From Candidatus Multivorans sp. (GTDB lineage: Bacteria > Acidobacteriota > Thermoanaerobaculia > Multivoradales > Multivoraceae): a DNA stretch of 64,000 nt. Shown here piece by piece: positions 48,906-60,427 of the stretch (the first letter of the stretch is position 1; each line of letters begins with the position of its first letter). The notes beneath the pieces were generated by a model that did no database searches, was not told the DNA's origin, and worked only from the letters and a program-made list of their open reading frames with translations. Position numbers and translations under genes: made by a program. The stretch spans positions 3,343,468 to 3,407,467 of the forward strand of contig OZ253534.1 in assembly GCA_965262355.1 (NCBI GenBank), read 5' to 3'.

Positions 48906-49682
48906 ATGTCTGAAATCCGCATGCGCCAGATTTGCCTGGTGGCCCACGACCTGGATCGCATCCAGCGGCAGCTCGAAACCGTGTTCGGCGTCGAGGTCTG
49001 CTACCGCGACCCCGGGGTGGGGAAGTACGGTCTGCACAACTTCCTCATCCCCTTCGGCGACCAGTTCCTCGAGACGGTCTCGCCTCAGCCCGGCGAGCAC
49101 GACACGCCCGGCGGCCGCTACCTCAAGCGTCGCGGCGGCGACGGGGGCTACATGGTGATCATGCAGGTCCCCCGCGACAGCTATGCCGGGTACGAGCGGC
49201 GGGTCGCGGATCTCGGCATTCGCCTGGTGTCGGAACCCGGCCGGAGCGAGCACGGCAAGGGCATGCAGCTTCACCCGAGGGACGTACCTGGCGCCATCCC
49301 GGAACTGCGCTGGAACGTCGACGAGGAGCGCTCGGACGGCGCCTGGTGGCCGGCGGGAACGGACTGGCAACGGGCGAAGCACACGGAGATCGTCGACGGC
49401 ATCTGTGCGGCCGAGATCCAGACCGCGGATCCGGGGGCGGTGGCCGCCCGCTGGGGCGAGGTGCTCGGCGAGCCGGTGGGCGGCGCCGACGGCCCCACGA
49501 TCGCTCTACGCGATGCCGAGATTCGCTTCGTGCCCCTGCGCGACGGTCGTCCCGAAGGTCTCGGCGGTCTGGACATTCATGTGACGGACCGAGCACGCGT
49601 CGTCGCCAACGCCGAGGCGGCCGGCTGCCGCACCGGCGACGATCTGGTGACGATCTGCGGTATGCGCCTGCGACTCGTCTGA
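48906..49682 (+). CDS. VOC/glyoxalase-like protein
   Basis: MRQICLVAHDL, DPGVGKYGLHN, RRGGDGGYMV, QLHPRD. Confidence 0.75.
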   Translation: MSEIRMRQICLVAHDLDRIQRQLETVFGVEVCYRDPGVGKYGLHNFLIPFGDQFLETVSPQPGEHDTPGGRYLKRRGGDGGYMVIMQVPRDSYAGYERRVADLGIRLVSEPGRSEHGKGMQLHPRDVPGAIPELRWNVDEERSDGAWWPAGTDWQRAKHTEIVDGICAAEIQTADPGAVAARWGEVLGEPVGGADGPTIALRDAEIRFVPLRDGRPEGLGGLDIHVTDRARVVANAEAAGCRTGDDLVTICGMRLRLV

Positions 49683-49700
49683 AGTTAGGCCGGCGCTGTG

Positions 49701-49734
49701 CGCCGGATGCCGGCGGGGACGCCGGCGCACCTAG
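49701..49734 (-). repeat. Variant REP-like palindrome
   Basis: Reverse complement CTAGGTGCGCCGGCGTCCCCGCCGGCATCCGGCG has the same ATCCGGCG tail and a 7-bp stem. Confidence 0.65.
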
Positions 49735-49784
49735 TGACGGCCAGTTCCCTGCGCGGCAGCGCCGCGTGCACGCGGCGAGTACTC

Positions 49785-50069
49785 CTAGGCCGAGAACCGG
49801 AGCTTCAAGCCGCAGGCCGCGGTCACTTTCGTGAGCGTGTCGAGTCTTGGGTTTCTACGGCCCGACAAGGCACGCGAGAGCGCCACCCGGTCCAGCTCGG
49901 CTTGGCGGGCCACGGCGGATACTCCACCCCGCGCCTCGGCCACATTGCGAAACGCCTTCATGAGCAGGCGCGGATCATCGCCCATCTCCTCCAGCGCCGC
50001 ATTCAGGTAGGCGGCCGCGTCCTCCGGCGCCTTGAGATAGTCACTCGCCTTGTGAGCTTTCACTGGCAT
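49785..50069 (-). CDS. Addiction module antidote (HTH antitoxin, HigA-like)
   Basis: AAYLNAALE, RGGVSAVA, NPRLDTL. Confidence 0.88.
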   Translation of the reverse strand: MPVKAHKASDYLKAPEDAAAYLNAALEEMGDDPRLLMKAFRNVAEARGGVSAVARQAELDRVALSRALSGRRNPRLDTLTKVTAACGLKLRFSA

Positions 50070-50388
50070 TACGCTTCTCCTTCTTGTACGCCTGCCAACG
50101 CAAGCGCGCTGCTGTGATGTCAGCCGCTTGGCCCCTCTTCACGCCGCCCCCCAACAGAATCACGAGCGTCTCACCGTCGCGACCAAAGTAGAGCCGATAC
50201 CCGGGGCCGCTGTCGATCCGAAGCTCCGAGACTCCGCCACCCACTGTCTTGTGATCTCCGAAGTTGCCGAACTCCATTCGGTCGATCCGTGTCTGGACGC
50301 GGGCCCGGGCCTCATGCGATTGTCGTCGAAACCAGGTATCGAAGTAGTCTTTGCCGTCCCCGGAAACGTAGTGGACGACCTGGATCAA
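50041..50388 (-). CDS. Addiction module killer (RelE/HigB-like toxin)
   Basis: GNFGDHKTVGGGVSELRIDSGPGYRLYF, LLGGGVK, DI; toxin-first gene order. Confidence 0.9.
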   Translation of the reverse strand: MIQVVHYVSGDGKDYFDTWFRRQSHEARARVQTRIDRMEFGNFGDHKTVGGGVSELRIDSGPGYRLYFGRDGETLVILLGGGVKRGQAADITAARLRWQAYKKEKRNASESSQGE

Positions 50389-50395
50389 GCACCAG

Positions 50396-50425
50396 ATCGT
50401 AGCCAACTGGCTACAGTTCTGTCAA
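50396..50425 (-). promoter_or_regulatory. Sigma70 promoter TTGACA-18-TACGAT overlapped by the palindrome GTAGCCA-AC-TGGCTAC
   Basis: -35 at 50425-50420, -10 at 50401-50396, palindrome at 50399-50414; the -10 ends 7 nt before TTG 50388. Confidence 0.7.
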
Positions 50426-50543
50426 CGACTCGTCGCTAGGCACAGGAGCCGAGAATCATGCGCATCGAAGGACACCGGCGGCGGTACGCCTCTACGTGTT
50501 CGACGGTAGACCCGTCCGAAAGCCGCTGCAGGGAGGGATCAGC

Positions 50544-51513
50544 ATGAGGTACACGAAGTTGGGCAGTTCCGGTCTGGAGGTCTCCCGGATCTGCCTCGGG
50601 TGCATGAGTTTCGGCGAGAAGTCGGCCGGCGCTCACGACTGGAGCCTCGACGAAGCCAGCAGCCGTCCGATCATCGAGAGGGCGCTCGACCTGGGGATCA
50701 ACTTCTTCGACACGGCGAATGCCTATTCGCTCGGTTCGAGCGAGGAGATCACGGGAAGGGCCCTACGCGACATGGCGAACCGCGACGAGGTCGTGATCGC
50801 GACCAAGGTCTACTTCCCGGTCCGCCGCGGACGCAACAGCCGCGGGCTCTCGCGCAAGGCGATCATGACCGAGGTCGACGCGTCCCTGCGCCGTCTGGGC
50901 ACCGACTACATCGACCTCTACCAGATCCACCGCTGGGATCACCGGACGTCGATCGAAGAGACTCTGGGAGCACTCCACGACGTGGTGACCTCGGGCAAGG
51001 TCCGCTACATCGGCGCCTCGTCGATGTGGGCGTGGCAGTTCAGCAAGGCGCTCTACACCAGCGAGATGCGCGGTTTCTCGAAGTTCATCAGCATGCAGAA
51101 CCAGTACAGCCTGCTCCAGCGCGAAGAAGAGCGCGAGATGCTGCCCCTCTGTGCCGATCAGGGCATCGGGACGATCCCGTGGAGCCCGCTGGGCCTGAGG
51201 TCTGCTGACCCGCGACTGGGAAGAGACGACGCACCGGTCGAAGAGCGATCCGATGACCGCGAGGCGCTTTGACGAGGCGAAGGATCGACCGATCGTCGAG
51301 CGCGTGGCAGAGGTGGCGCGGGAAAAGGGGGTCTCGCGAGCCCAGGTTGCCCTGGCCTGGGTGCTGGCCAATCCCGTCGTCGCGTCGCCGATCGTCGGCG
51401 TCACGAAGATGAGCCATCTCGAAGACGCGGTGGCGGCGCTCGAGGTCGAGCTCACGGCCGACGACAGGCAGCGGCTCGAAGAGGTCTACACGCCCCGGGC
51501 GAACCTCTTCTGA
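50544..51513 (+). pseudogene. Aldo/keto reductase with a +1 frameshift near 51196
   Basis: [28 protein letters not shown]. Removing T51196 gives WSPLGRGLLTRDW, continuous with the 51253..51513 ORF. Confidence 0.82.
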
Positions 51514-51618
51514 GACGTCGTTCAGCCCGTGGACGGGTTCTCGAGAGATGGCAGCGGTCGGTCTTCGCCGGCAGTCGGCTGGCGCCGACCGCCCTGTGGG
51601 CCGCTGCCGGTTCGCGGC

Positions 51619-52305
51619 TCACTCCGTGACCCGGCGAGGTGCAAGAGCTTCCAGACGGTCCAGCCACTCACCAAAGTGGCGGCACTCGGCGCGCATGCGG
51701 CAAAGGCCGATGCGACCCGCGATAGCGACTCCATGGCGGGTCTTGCTGTACCGGGGTAGAAGGGCGGTCAAGCGTGCTGACGGGTGGGTGGTCGGGCCGT
51801 CGTTGATGTGTTCTGGACTCGGGGCGGACTGTCGTGCGACCTTGAGATCCTTCAGTTGCGGCGTCCACTGTCGTTCGGCCTCCGCGAATCGGTCGACATC
51901 CGAGAACAGTAGCGCCTCGAACTCGTAAGGCTGAATGTGAGGCAGGAACCGTTCGGGCCGACATCCGGCTTCGCCGACCACGGCCGCGTGCAGCCTCTGT
52001 TCGAGAGCGCTCGCTCGTTGCAGTGGATCCGTGAACTCAGCCGCCTCAGCTTGCCCAGGGAAGTCCAAGGGGAGCCCATAGAGATCGAAGAGGGTCGTCA
52101 CGAACGTGTCTTGCCGTTCTCTCAGAGTGTTCCGAAGAAAGGGGAGCACTCGAGCAAATTTCAGTGCGCCTCCTTTCGCGTTGCGAGACGTTGGGATCAG
52201 TCTTGGCTGGACGAACACGCCCTGTTCGGCCAAGGCGTGCGCTAGGACCGTAACGGTGAATAGCTGTTCGGTCGGCCCTTCTCCTACGACAACGATGTCT
52301 GTCAT
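51619..52305 (-). CDS. DUF4276 family (TOPRIM-like) protein
   Basis: VVGEGPTE, TTLFDLYG, PYEFEALLFSD, PEHINDGPTTHPSARL, CRHFGEW. ATGA coupling to the ATPase. Confidence 0.82.
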   Translation of the reverse strand: MTDIVVVGEGPTEQLFTVTVLAHALAEQGVFVQPRLIPTSRNAKGGALKFARVLPFLRNTLRERQDTFVTTLFDLYGLPLDFPGQAEAAEFTDPLQRASALEQRLHAAVVGEAGCRPERFLPHIQPYEFEALLFSDVDRFAEAERQWTPQLKDLKVARQSAPSPEHINDGPTTHPSARLTALLPRYSKTRHGVAIAGRIGLCRMRAECRHFGEWLDRLEALAPRRVTE

Positions 52306-53429
52306 CGCGACGGTGCGCCACCCACCACATTCATCCTGAAGAGGTCCCCAAGCGAGTACTCCTCAAGCCAGTCTTTCAGCGAGTCAGGGTCGAGTCTCCG
52401 GAAAGTGGAAGCGCCGTCGTGCCGTTCGACAACGACGACGTCTGCCGGATCGAGTTCGCTGACCAAATCGGCCGACTGTGTTGACACGATCACCTGCCGC
52501 TTGTGACTGGCGTGCTGCAGCATCTCGGCCAGCAGGACGAGAGCATGGGGGTGCAAGCCCAACTCCGGCTCGTCGATCACGAGAACGCTGGGCTGTAGCG
52601 CGGACGGTTGAAGGAGCAGCGTGGCGAGACAGATGAACCGCAGTGTGCCGTCCGAGAACTGAAGCGGACCGAGTACCGTGTCCGGCTCACTTGCCTGAAA
52701 CCACTCCAGTTCCATCTTCTCGTCCACCTCCTCGCGATGGACGAAGTCTCCGAAGAAGGGCGCCGCGAGCCTGACCGTCTCAACTATCCGCCGGTACTGA
52801 TCGGGGTGGCGATCGTTGAGGACCCTGAGAAATGGGGCCAGGTTGCCGGCGTCCGGTTTGAGCCGGCGGTTGTCCCGCACGCCCGAGGCCAGCCGCACCT
52901 GGGCAACCCGACTCACGTCCTGGAAGTGGAACACGCGCCACTCGTGCATCTCGGAGCGCACATGGGAGACGAAGCCGTCTGCACGGCACTTCGCCAAGCG
53001 CGCCTCGTCGTGCCCGCTCCACTCTCGCGGGCCCTGAACGGCCGGGAAAGACCTGAGATGTGGATCGTTGAGCCACTCCACGTCGTTGATGGGGAAGACG
53101 TACTCGCGCGCAAAGGCCAGGGCGTCCCCTGCCACAGGTGAAAGCGAAAACTCGTACTTGTAGCGCCCGCCATCGAATCCAAGCGCTACTGAGGCCTCGG
53201 GCGTTCGCCTACGGCCGCCGAAGAGTAGAACCTCGGCGCCACCCTCCCGCTTGATGAAGAGCTGCAGCCGTTCCGTCAGGAGGTGCTCCAACATCCGGAA
53301 CAGACTGAGCAGGTTGCTCTTGCCCGCCCCGTTGGCGCCGACCAGCACGTTCAAGTTCCGTGGCTCGAAGTCCTCGAGCGACCGAATCGACTTGAACCCG
53401 CGAACGGTGAGACGGTCTAGCGAAGCCAT
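52302..53429 (-). CDS. ABC-type (AAA_21-like) ATPase
   Basis: GFKSI, GANGAGKSN, FSDGTLRF, IDEPELGLHP, STQS. Confidence 0.9.
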   Translation of the reverse strand: MASLDRLTVRGFKSIRSLEDFEPRNLNVLVGANGAGKSNLLSLFRMLEHLLTERLQLFIKREGGAEVLLFGGRRRTPEASVALGFDGGRYKYEFSLSPVAGDALAFAREYVFPINDVEWLNDPHLRSFPAVQGPREWSGHDEARLAKCRADGFVSHVRSEMHEWRVFHFQDVSRVAQVRLASGVRDNRRLKPDAGNLAPFLRVLNDRHPDQYRRIVETVRLAAPFFGDFVHREEVDEKMELEWFQASEPDTVLGPLQFSDGTLRFICLATLLLQPSALQPSVLVIDEPELGLHPHALVLLAEMLQHASHKRQVIVSTQSADLVSELDPADVVVVERHDGASTFRRLDPDSLKDWLEEYSLGDLFRMNVVGGAPSR

Positions 53430-53650
53430 GGCTGCCTTGCTCGTGGTCTAGGGCGTCTGACGCCGCCAAGCGCTACGCCGTGTCTTGCGTGAGGCCTTGG
53501 CGGACCGGTGGGCAACGATACAGGAGCGGGCGCCTGCCCAAACCCAACTCTCAGCCACAGCCGCCACTGCCGATGGACCTGACCGTCGGGAAGTTCCAGG
53601 CCGGCGTGACCGGTCGCGGGCAGCCCGGTGCTTCCTTACGCCGTCGTCGC

Positions 53651-54457
53651 TTACCTCCCGGCCCTATGCCGTGCCCCCGGAGCCGGCGGTGTCTCGGGCG
53701 CGCCGGCGAAACACTGCGCCATGCCCATCCACTCGGTGGCGATGGGCCCTGTGACCTCCAGCGACGTGTCGGCGACGTTGCGCACCTGGGTGACGACCTG
53801 GGCGAAGTCGACGGCGTTGCCCGTGATCCGGTTGGCGGCTTCCTCCGCGTTCCAGGTCCAGGTCTCGCCGGACGGGGCGGCAAGACGCAGGCAGGGAATG
53901 ACATCGGGGATCTTAAGTCCGCGCACCGCGTAGGTCCAGCCGAAGGTGTTGAGCCCCAGGAAGACGATGTTCTTGATCCTGTCCGTCTCGACACGGTCGA
54001 GTCCGAGCACGTCGAAGATCTCCTGGCCGTGCGCCCAGGTCTCCATCTGCCTCGCGGTGATGGAGCTGCGCACACTCATCGACGGTCCGAACCACTCCGC
54101 ACGCTGCTTCGGATCGACCCCCTCGAGCCGTTCGCACATCCGCGGGTAGTACTCGCGCCAGAGGTCGTAGACGGCGCGGTTGCGCCTGCCCTCGAACCAC
54201 TCGTCGGTCAGCTCGCGCAGGCTGAGCCGGCCGCGCCGCGCCGCCATGAACTGCTTGAAGCCGTCGAAGGCGGCAAGATCGTGGATCGAGGCGTCGGCGG
54301 CGTAGTTGAAGATGTGGAGGTGCGCGACGACGTCGTGAAGGGTCCACTCCTTGAACAGGGTGGCGCGCTCGAAGTCGTCGTCCGAGAGTGGCGCCAGGAC
54401 CTCCGCCAGACAGTCGCACTCGGCTCGGAAGTCAGCGACCTGCTGAAAGCTGCTCAA
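53651..54457 (-). CDS. TIGR03084-type MDMPI/DinB superfamily metal-binding protein
   Basis: WTLHDVVAHL, WFGPSMS, ARQMETWAHGQ, AQCFAG. Confidence 0.8.
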   Translation of the reverse strand: MSSFQQVADFRAECDCLAEVLAPLSDDDFERATLFKEWTLHDVVAHLHIFNYAADASIHDLAAFDGFKQFMAARRGRLSLRELTDEWFEGRRNRAVYDLWREYYPRMCERLEGVDPKQRAEWFGPSMSVRSSITARQMETWAHGQEIFDVLGLDRVETDRIKNIVFLGLNTFGWTYAVRGLKIPDVIPCLRLAAPSGETWTWNAEEAANRITGNAVDFAQVVTQVRNVADTSLEVTGPIATEWMGMAQCFAGAPETPPAPGARHRAGR

Positions 54458-54684
54458 CTCGTCTCCTGCGTGGAATGGGTCACTGGGACTCGCCGAGGCG
54501 AGCTGGTCTCCGGTACGGTGAGCGTACGCGATGCTTCGCGAACTGGCACTCGAGAGGAGGCGTCGCGAGCTGACCTGGAGCTTCGGACCGGGCTGCTAGG
54601 GTGCGCGCGTGAGCGGGAACTGCCGCCTACCGTCCCGGTCCATTGAATACGTACCGGCTTGACCTCTCGGAGGAGAACTGAACC

Positions 54685-55185
54685 ATGGCGATCGCCTTCA
54701 AGCTCAACGGCAGGTCGACGACGGTCGAGGCGCCGCCGGAGATGCCCCTGCTCTGGGTCCTCCGTGACGAGCTCGACCTCAAGGGAACCAAGTTCGGCTG
54801 CGGCCGGTCCTTCTGCGGGGCCTGCACCGTGCACGTCGATGGCGTTCCGCAGCGCAGTTGCCGCATGCCGGTCTCGCGCGCGGAGGGGAAGGAGATCACG
54901 ACGATCGAGGGCCTGTCCGCGGACGGCGGCCATCCCGTGCAGCTCGCCTGGCAGGAGATCGACGTGCCGCAGTGCGGCTACTGCCAGGCCGGCCAGATCA
55001 TGTCGGCCTCGGCTCTCCTCGCGAGCACCCCGGCGCCCACGGACGGGGACATCGACGAGGCCATGAGCGGGAACCTCTGCCGGTGTGCGACCTACACACG
55101 GATCCGGGCCGCGATCCATCGCGCCGCCGAGATCGCGCAGGCGCCGTCAAGTGTTAGCGAGACCACGGGAGGGAGTGAGGCATGA
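54685..55185 (+). CDS. iorA: Molybdo-oxidoreductase [2Fe-2S] small subunit (IorA-like)
   Basis: GTKFGCG..CGACTV, QCGYCQ, NLCRC. Confidence 0.88.
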   Translation: MAIAFKLNGRSTTVEAPPEMPLLWVLRDELDLKGTKFGCGRSFCGACTVHVDGVPQRSCRMPVSRAEGKEITTIEGLSADGGHPVQLAWQEIDVPQCGYCQAGQIMSASALLASTPAPTDGDIDEAMSGNLCRCATYTRIRAAIHRAAEIAQAPSSVSETTGGSEA

Positions 55186-57374
55186 GCGCCGTGAACAGAC
55201 CGGGCAACGTCTCGCGACGCAGCTTCCTTCAGGTCACCGCCTTGGCAGGAGGAGGAATGCTCCTCGGTGTGCGCTTCGGACTGGACGGTCCGCGCGGCGC
55301 CGGCGCCGCCGTTGCCGATGCCGGTGTCCAGGCGGTCCTCAACGCGTTCATCCGCCTCACGCCGGATGGCGTGGTGACGATCATGGCCCAGAATCCCGAG
55401 ATCGGGCAGGGCGTCAAGACGATGCTGCCGATGCTCATCGCCGAGGAACTCGACATCCCCTGGAGTCAGGTGCGCGTGGAGCAGGCGGACTTCGACCCGA
55501 CCAAGTACCGGGGCCAGATGGCCGGCGGCAGCATGGCGACGCCGATGCACTACGAGTCGATGCGCCGCGCCGGGGCTGCCGCTCGCTCCATGCTCGTGGA
55601 AGCCGCGGCGAAGGAGTGGGGCGCCAAGCCGGAGAAGTGCACGACCGAAGCCGGAGTCGTCCACTTCAAGAACAAGTCGATGTCCTACGGCGAACTGGCG
55701 AGTGCCGCGGCGCGGCTTGAGCCGCCCAATCCGAGGACCGTCGCGCTCAAGGACCCGAAGGACTTCACGATCATCGGGCAGCCGATTCCGGGCGTAGACA
55801 ACCCGAAGATCGTCGTTGGCGAGCCGCTGTTCGGCATCGACGTCTCGGTGCCCGGGATGAAGCACGCCGTGTTCGAGAAGTGCCCGGTCCACGGCGGTCG
55901 TGTGAAGAGCGTCGACCTCGACGCCGTCAAGGCGGCGCCCGGCGTCACCGATGCCTTCGTCGTCGACTCGAACGCCGCGCAACTGCCGATCAACGGTGTC
56001 GCCATCGTTGGCGATTCCTGGTGGCTGGTCAACGAGGCACGGGGCAAGCTCGAGGTCACCTGGGAGGAAGGATCGACCGCGACCCAGAGCACCGAGGACT
56101 TCGATCGTCAGGCGCAGGCACTGTCGAAGAAGGCCCCGGAGCAGACCCTCACGAGCGACGGCGATGCGGCCGGCGCGCTGGGTTCTGCGGCGAAGACGCT
56201 CAAGGCCGCCTACGAGTATCCCTTCCTCGCCCACGCGCCGCTCGAGCCGCAGAACACGACGGCCCACTTCCGCGATGGCGAGCTCGAGATGTGGGCGCCG
56301 ACCCAGACGCCCCAGTTCGCGCGCGGCGACCTCGGCAAGGCCGTGGGCATTCCCCAGGACAAGGTCACGATCCACCTGACCCGCATGGGTGGGGGCTTCG
56401 GCAGGCGCCTGTACTTCGACTACATGCTTGAGGCCGCGCTCATCGCGCAGCAGGCGGGAGTCCCGGTCAAGCTGCTGTGGACGCGCGAAGACGACACGCG
56501 CTACGACTTCTTCCGCCCCGGCGGCTACCACTTCCTGGAAGGTGGTCTCGACGACGCCGGGAACCTCGTGGCGTGGCGCGACCACTTCGTCACCTTCGGT
56601 GAGGGCCGGCGCTTCGCCTCGAGCGCCGAAATGTCCCGGAACGAGTTCCCGCAGGCGTTCGTGCCGAACTACGCGCTCGAGGCCTCGAAGATGCCGCTCG
56701 GCATCCCGACCGGAGCGCTGCGTGCCCCGACCAGCAACGCGATCTCGTTCGTGGTGCAGTCGTTCATCGACGAACTCGCGGCCGAGGCCGGGAAGGACCC
56801 GCTGCAGTTCCGCCTCGACCTGCTCGACTCGGCCCCGGCCGGTACCAAAACCGCGTTCGACCCCCAGAGAATGAAGGCCGTGCTCGAACTGGTGCGCGAC
56901 AAGTCGGGCTGGGGCAAGACCGACTTGGCCGACGGGACCGGCCAGGGCGTGGCGTTCCACTTCAGCCATCGCGGGTACTTTGCCGAAGTGGTTCAGGCCA
57001 CGATCAGTCCGGAAGGAGAACTCGGCGTCGACAAGATCTGGGTCGCCGGCGACGTCGGCAATCAGATCGTCAACCCGAGCAACGCGGTCAACCAGGTCCA
57101 GGGTGCGGCGCTCGACGGCCTCGGCCAGGCGCTCGACCAGGAGATCACCTTCGAGGGCGGGCGCACGAAGCAGAGCAACTTCCACGACTTCAAGCTGCTG
57201 CGCATGGACCAGGCGCCGCCGGTGGAAGTGCACTTCGTCAAGAGCGACCATCCCCCAACCGGCCTGGGCGAACCGGCGCTGCCGCCGGTCCCGCCGGCCC
57301 TGTGCAACGCCATCTTCTCCGTGACCGGCAAGCGCGTGCGCTCGCTGCCACTCTCCAAGCACGATCTGAGCTAA
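55182..57374 (+). CDS. iorB: Isoquinoline 1-oxidoreductase beta-like molybdopterin-binding subunit
   Basis: Tat signal SRRSFL; EIGQG, AHAPLEP, GGGFGRR, GLGEP. Confidence 0.88.
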   Translation: MSAVNRPGNVSRRSFLQVTALAGGGMLLGVRFGLDGPRGAGAAVADAGVQAVLNAFIRLTPDGVVTIMAQNPEIGQGVKTMLPMLIAEELDIPWSQVRVEQADFDPTKYRGQMAGGSMATPMHYESMRRAGAAARSMLVEAAAKEWGAKPEKCTTEAGVVHFKNKSMSYGELASAAARLEPPNPRTVALKDPKDFTIIGQPIPGVDNPKIVVGEPLFGIDVSVPGMKHAVFEKCPVHGGRVKSVDLDAVKAAPGVTDAFVVDSNAAQLPINGVAIVGDSWWLVNEARGKLEVTWEEGSTATQSTEDFDRQAQALSKKAPEQTLTSDGDAAGALGSAAKTLKAAYEYPFLAHAPLEPQNTTAHFRDGELEMWAPTQTPQFARGDLGKAVGIPQDKVTIHLTRMGGGFGRRLYFDYMLEAALIAQQAGVPVKLLWTREDDTRYDFFRPGGYHFLEGGLDDAGNLVAWRDHFVTFGEGRRFASSAEMSRNEFPQAFVPNYALEASKMPLGIPTGALRAPTSNAISFVVQSFIDELAAEAGKDPLQFRLDLLDSAPAGTKTAFDPQRMKAVLELVRDKSGWGKTDLADGTGQGVAFHFSHRGYFAEVVQATISPEGELGVDKIWVAGDVGNQIVNPSNAVNQVQGAALDGLGQALDQEITFEGGRTKQSNFHDFKLLRMDQAPPVEVHFVKSDHPPTGLGEPALPPVPPALCNAIFSVTGKRVRSLPLSKHDLS

Positions 57375-59588
<2,214 letters not shown>

Positions 59589-59785
59589 TCTTCAGGCAGC
59601 GTGTGAGCCGGGTCCGGCCAGCGCGCCGAGCGATCTCTGCGATCGAGGCAAGGCCGGCATCAATCCGGAGGCTTGGCGGGCTTGCGCGGCGGTTCGGGAT
59701 GTAGAATGTCGCCACAGGGTGAGTGGCCCCTGTGACGAGCCAGAAGGGAACGCAGCCGCATAGCGGGCGGAGGAGTCAGGTCCCA

Positions 59786-60115
59786 ATGACTGTCGAGGTG
59801 AACCGCCAACTGGTGAACTCGATCAAGGCGTTCATAGTCGAGGATCTCTCGGGGCATTTCGGGGACGCCTTTGAGTTTGGCCCGATCGTAGTCAGGGAAC
59901 TCATAGATCACGACGGCGACCCGTATCTGCGAGTGGACATCGTGTTCCGGGGAGACCAAGACAAACTCGACCCGGACTGGACCCTTGGCTTGACGAGACG
60001 AGTCCTGCACAGGCTTCGCGAAAAAGGCATGGATGCCGATCTAGCTCCGCACTTCAGTGAGAAGGCGGACTGGGATTGGTATCGCGAGCAGGTGCCGATC
60101 GTTGAAGCCGGATGA
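59786..60115 (+). CDS. Small acidic hypothetical protein, possibly a nucleotidyltransferase-like partner of the HEPN gene
   Basis: RBS GGAGGAG; DHDGDPYLRVDIVF; overlaps the next gene. Confidence 0.6.
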   Translation: MTVEVNRQLVNSIKAFIVEDLSGHFGDAFEFGPIVVRELIDHDGDPYLRVDIVFRGDQDKLDPDWTLGLTRRVLHRLREKGMDADLAPHFSEKADWDWYREQVPIVEAG

Positions 60116-60323
60116 CTTCATCAAGACAGCTCGCTCGCTAGTCGGTCAGCAGGGAGCTGGTCGTCCCAGAGAGACAGACCTCCGACGTGCTGTCAGCACC
60201 GCCTATTACGGTTTGTTCCACTGTGTCGCGAGTTCCGGCGCGGACCTGCTGGTGGGTGGAAAGCAGGCAGATCGCAGCGAGCGGGCTTGGCGGCAGGCAT
60301 ACCGAGCCCTCAATCATGGCTAG
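60102..60323 (+). pseudogene. Truncated HEPN-like protein
   Basis: DLRRAVSTAYYGLFH matches the HEPN N-terminal motif. TAG follows ALNHG, and no C-terminal half is recognisable. Confidence 0.6.
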
Positions 60324-60427
60324 GCCAAGAACCGGTGCAGAGAGATCACCGGCAAGGAGAGTCGCTTCGGTTGGAGTACCTAGGGTGGACATTGTGCGCT
60401 GACAATGCATAATTGTCGCTTTGAAGG

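Noticed and set aside
51196-51198. Selenocysteine TGA in the aldo/keto reductase
   Set aside because: A single-base insertion explains the lesion, and the position is not a Cys site.
60321-60323. Pyrrolysine/amber readthrough in the HEPN ORF
   Set aside because: There are no pyl genes here and readthrough does not restore a full domain.
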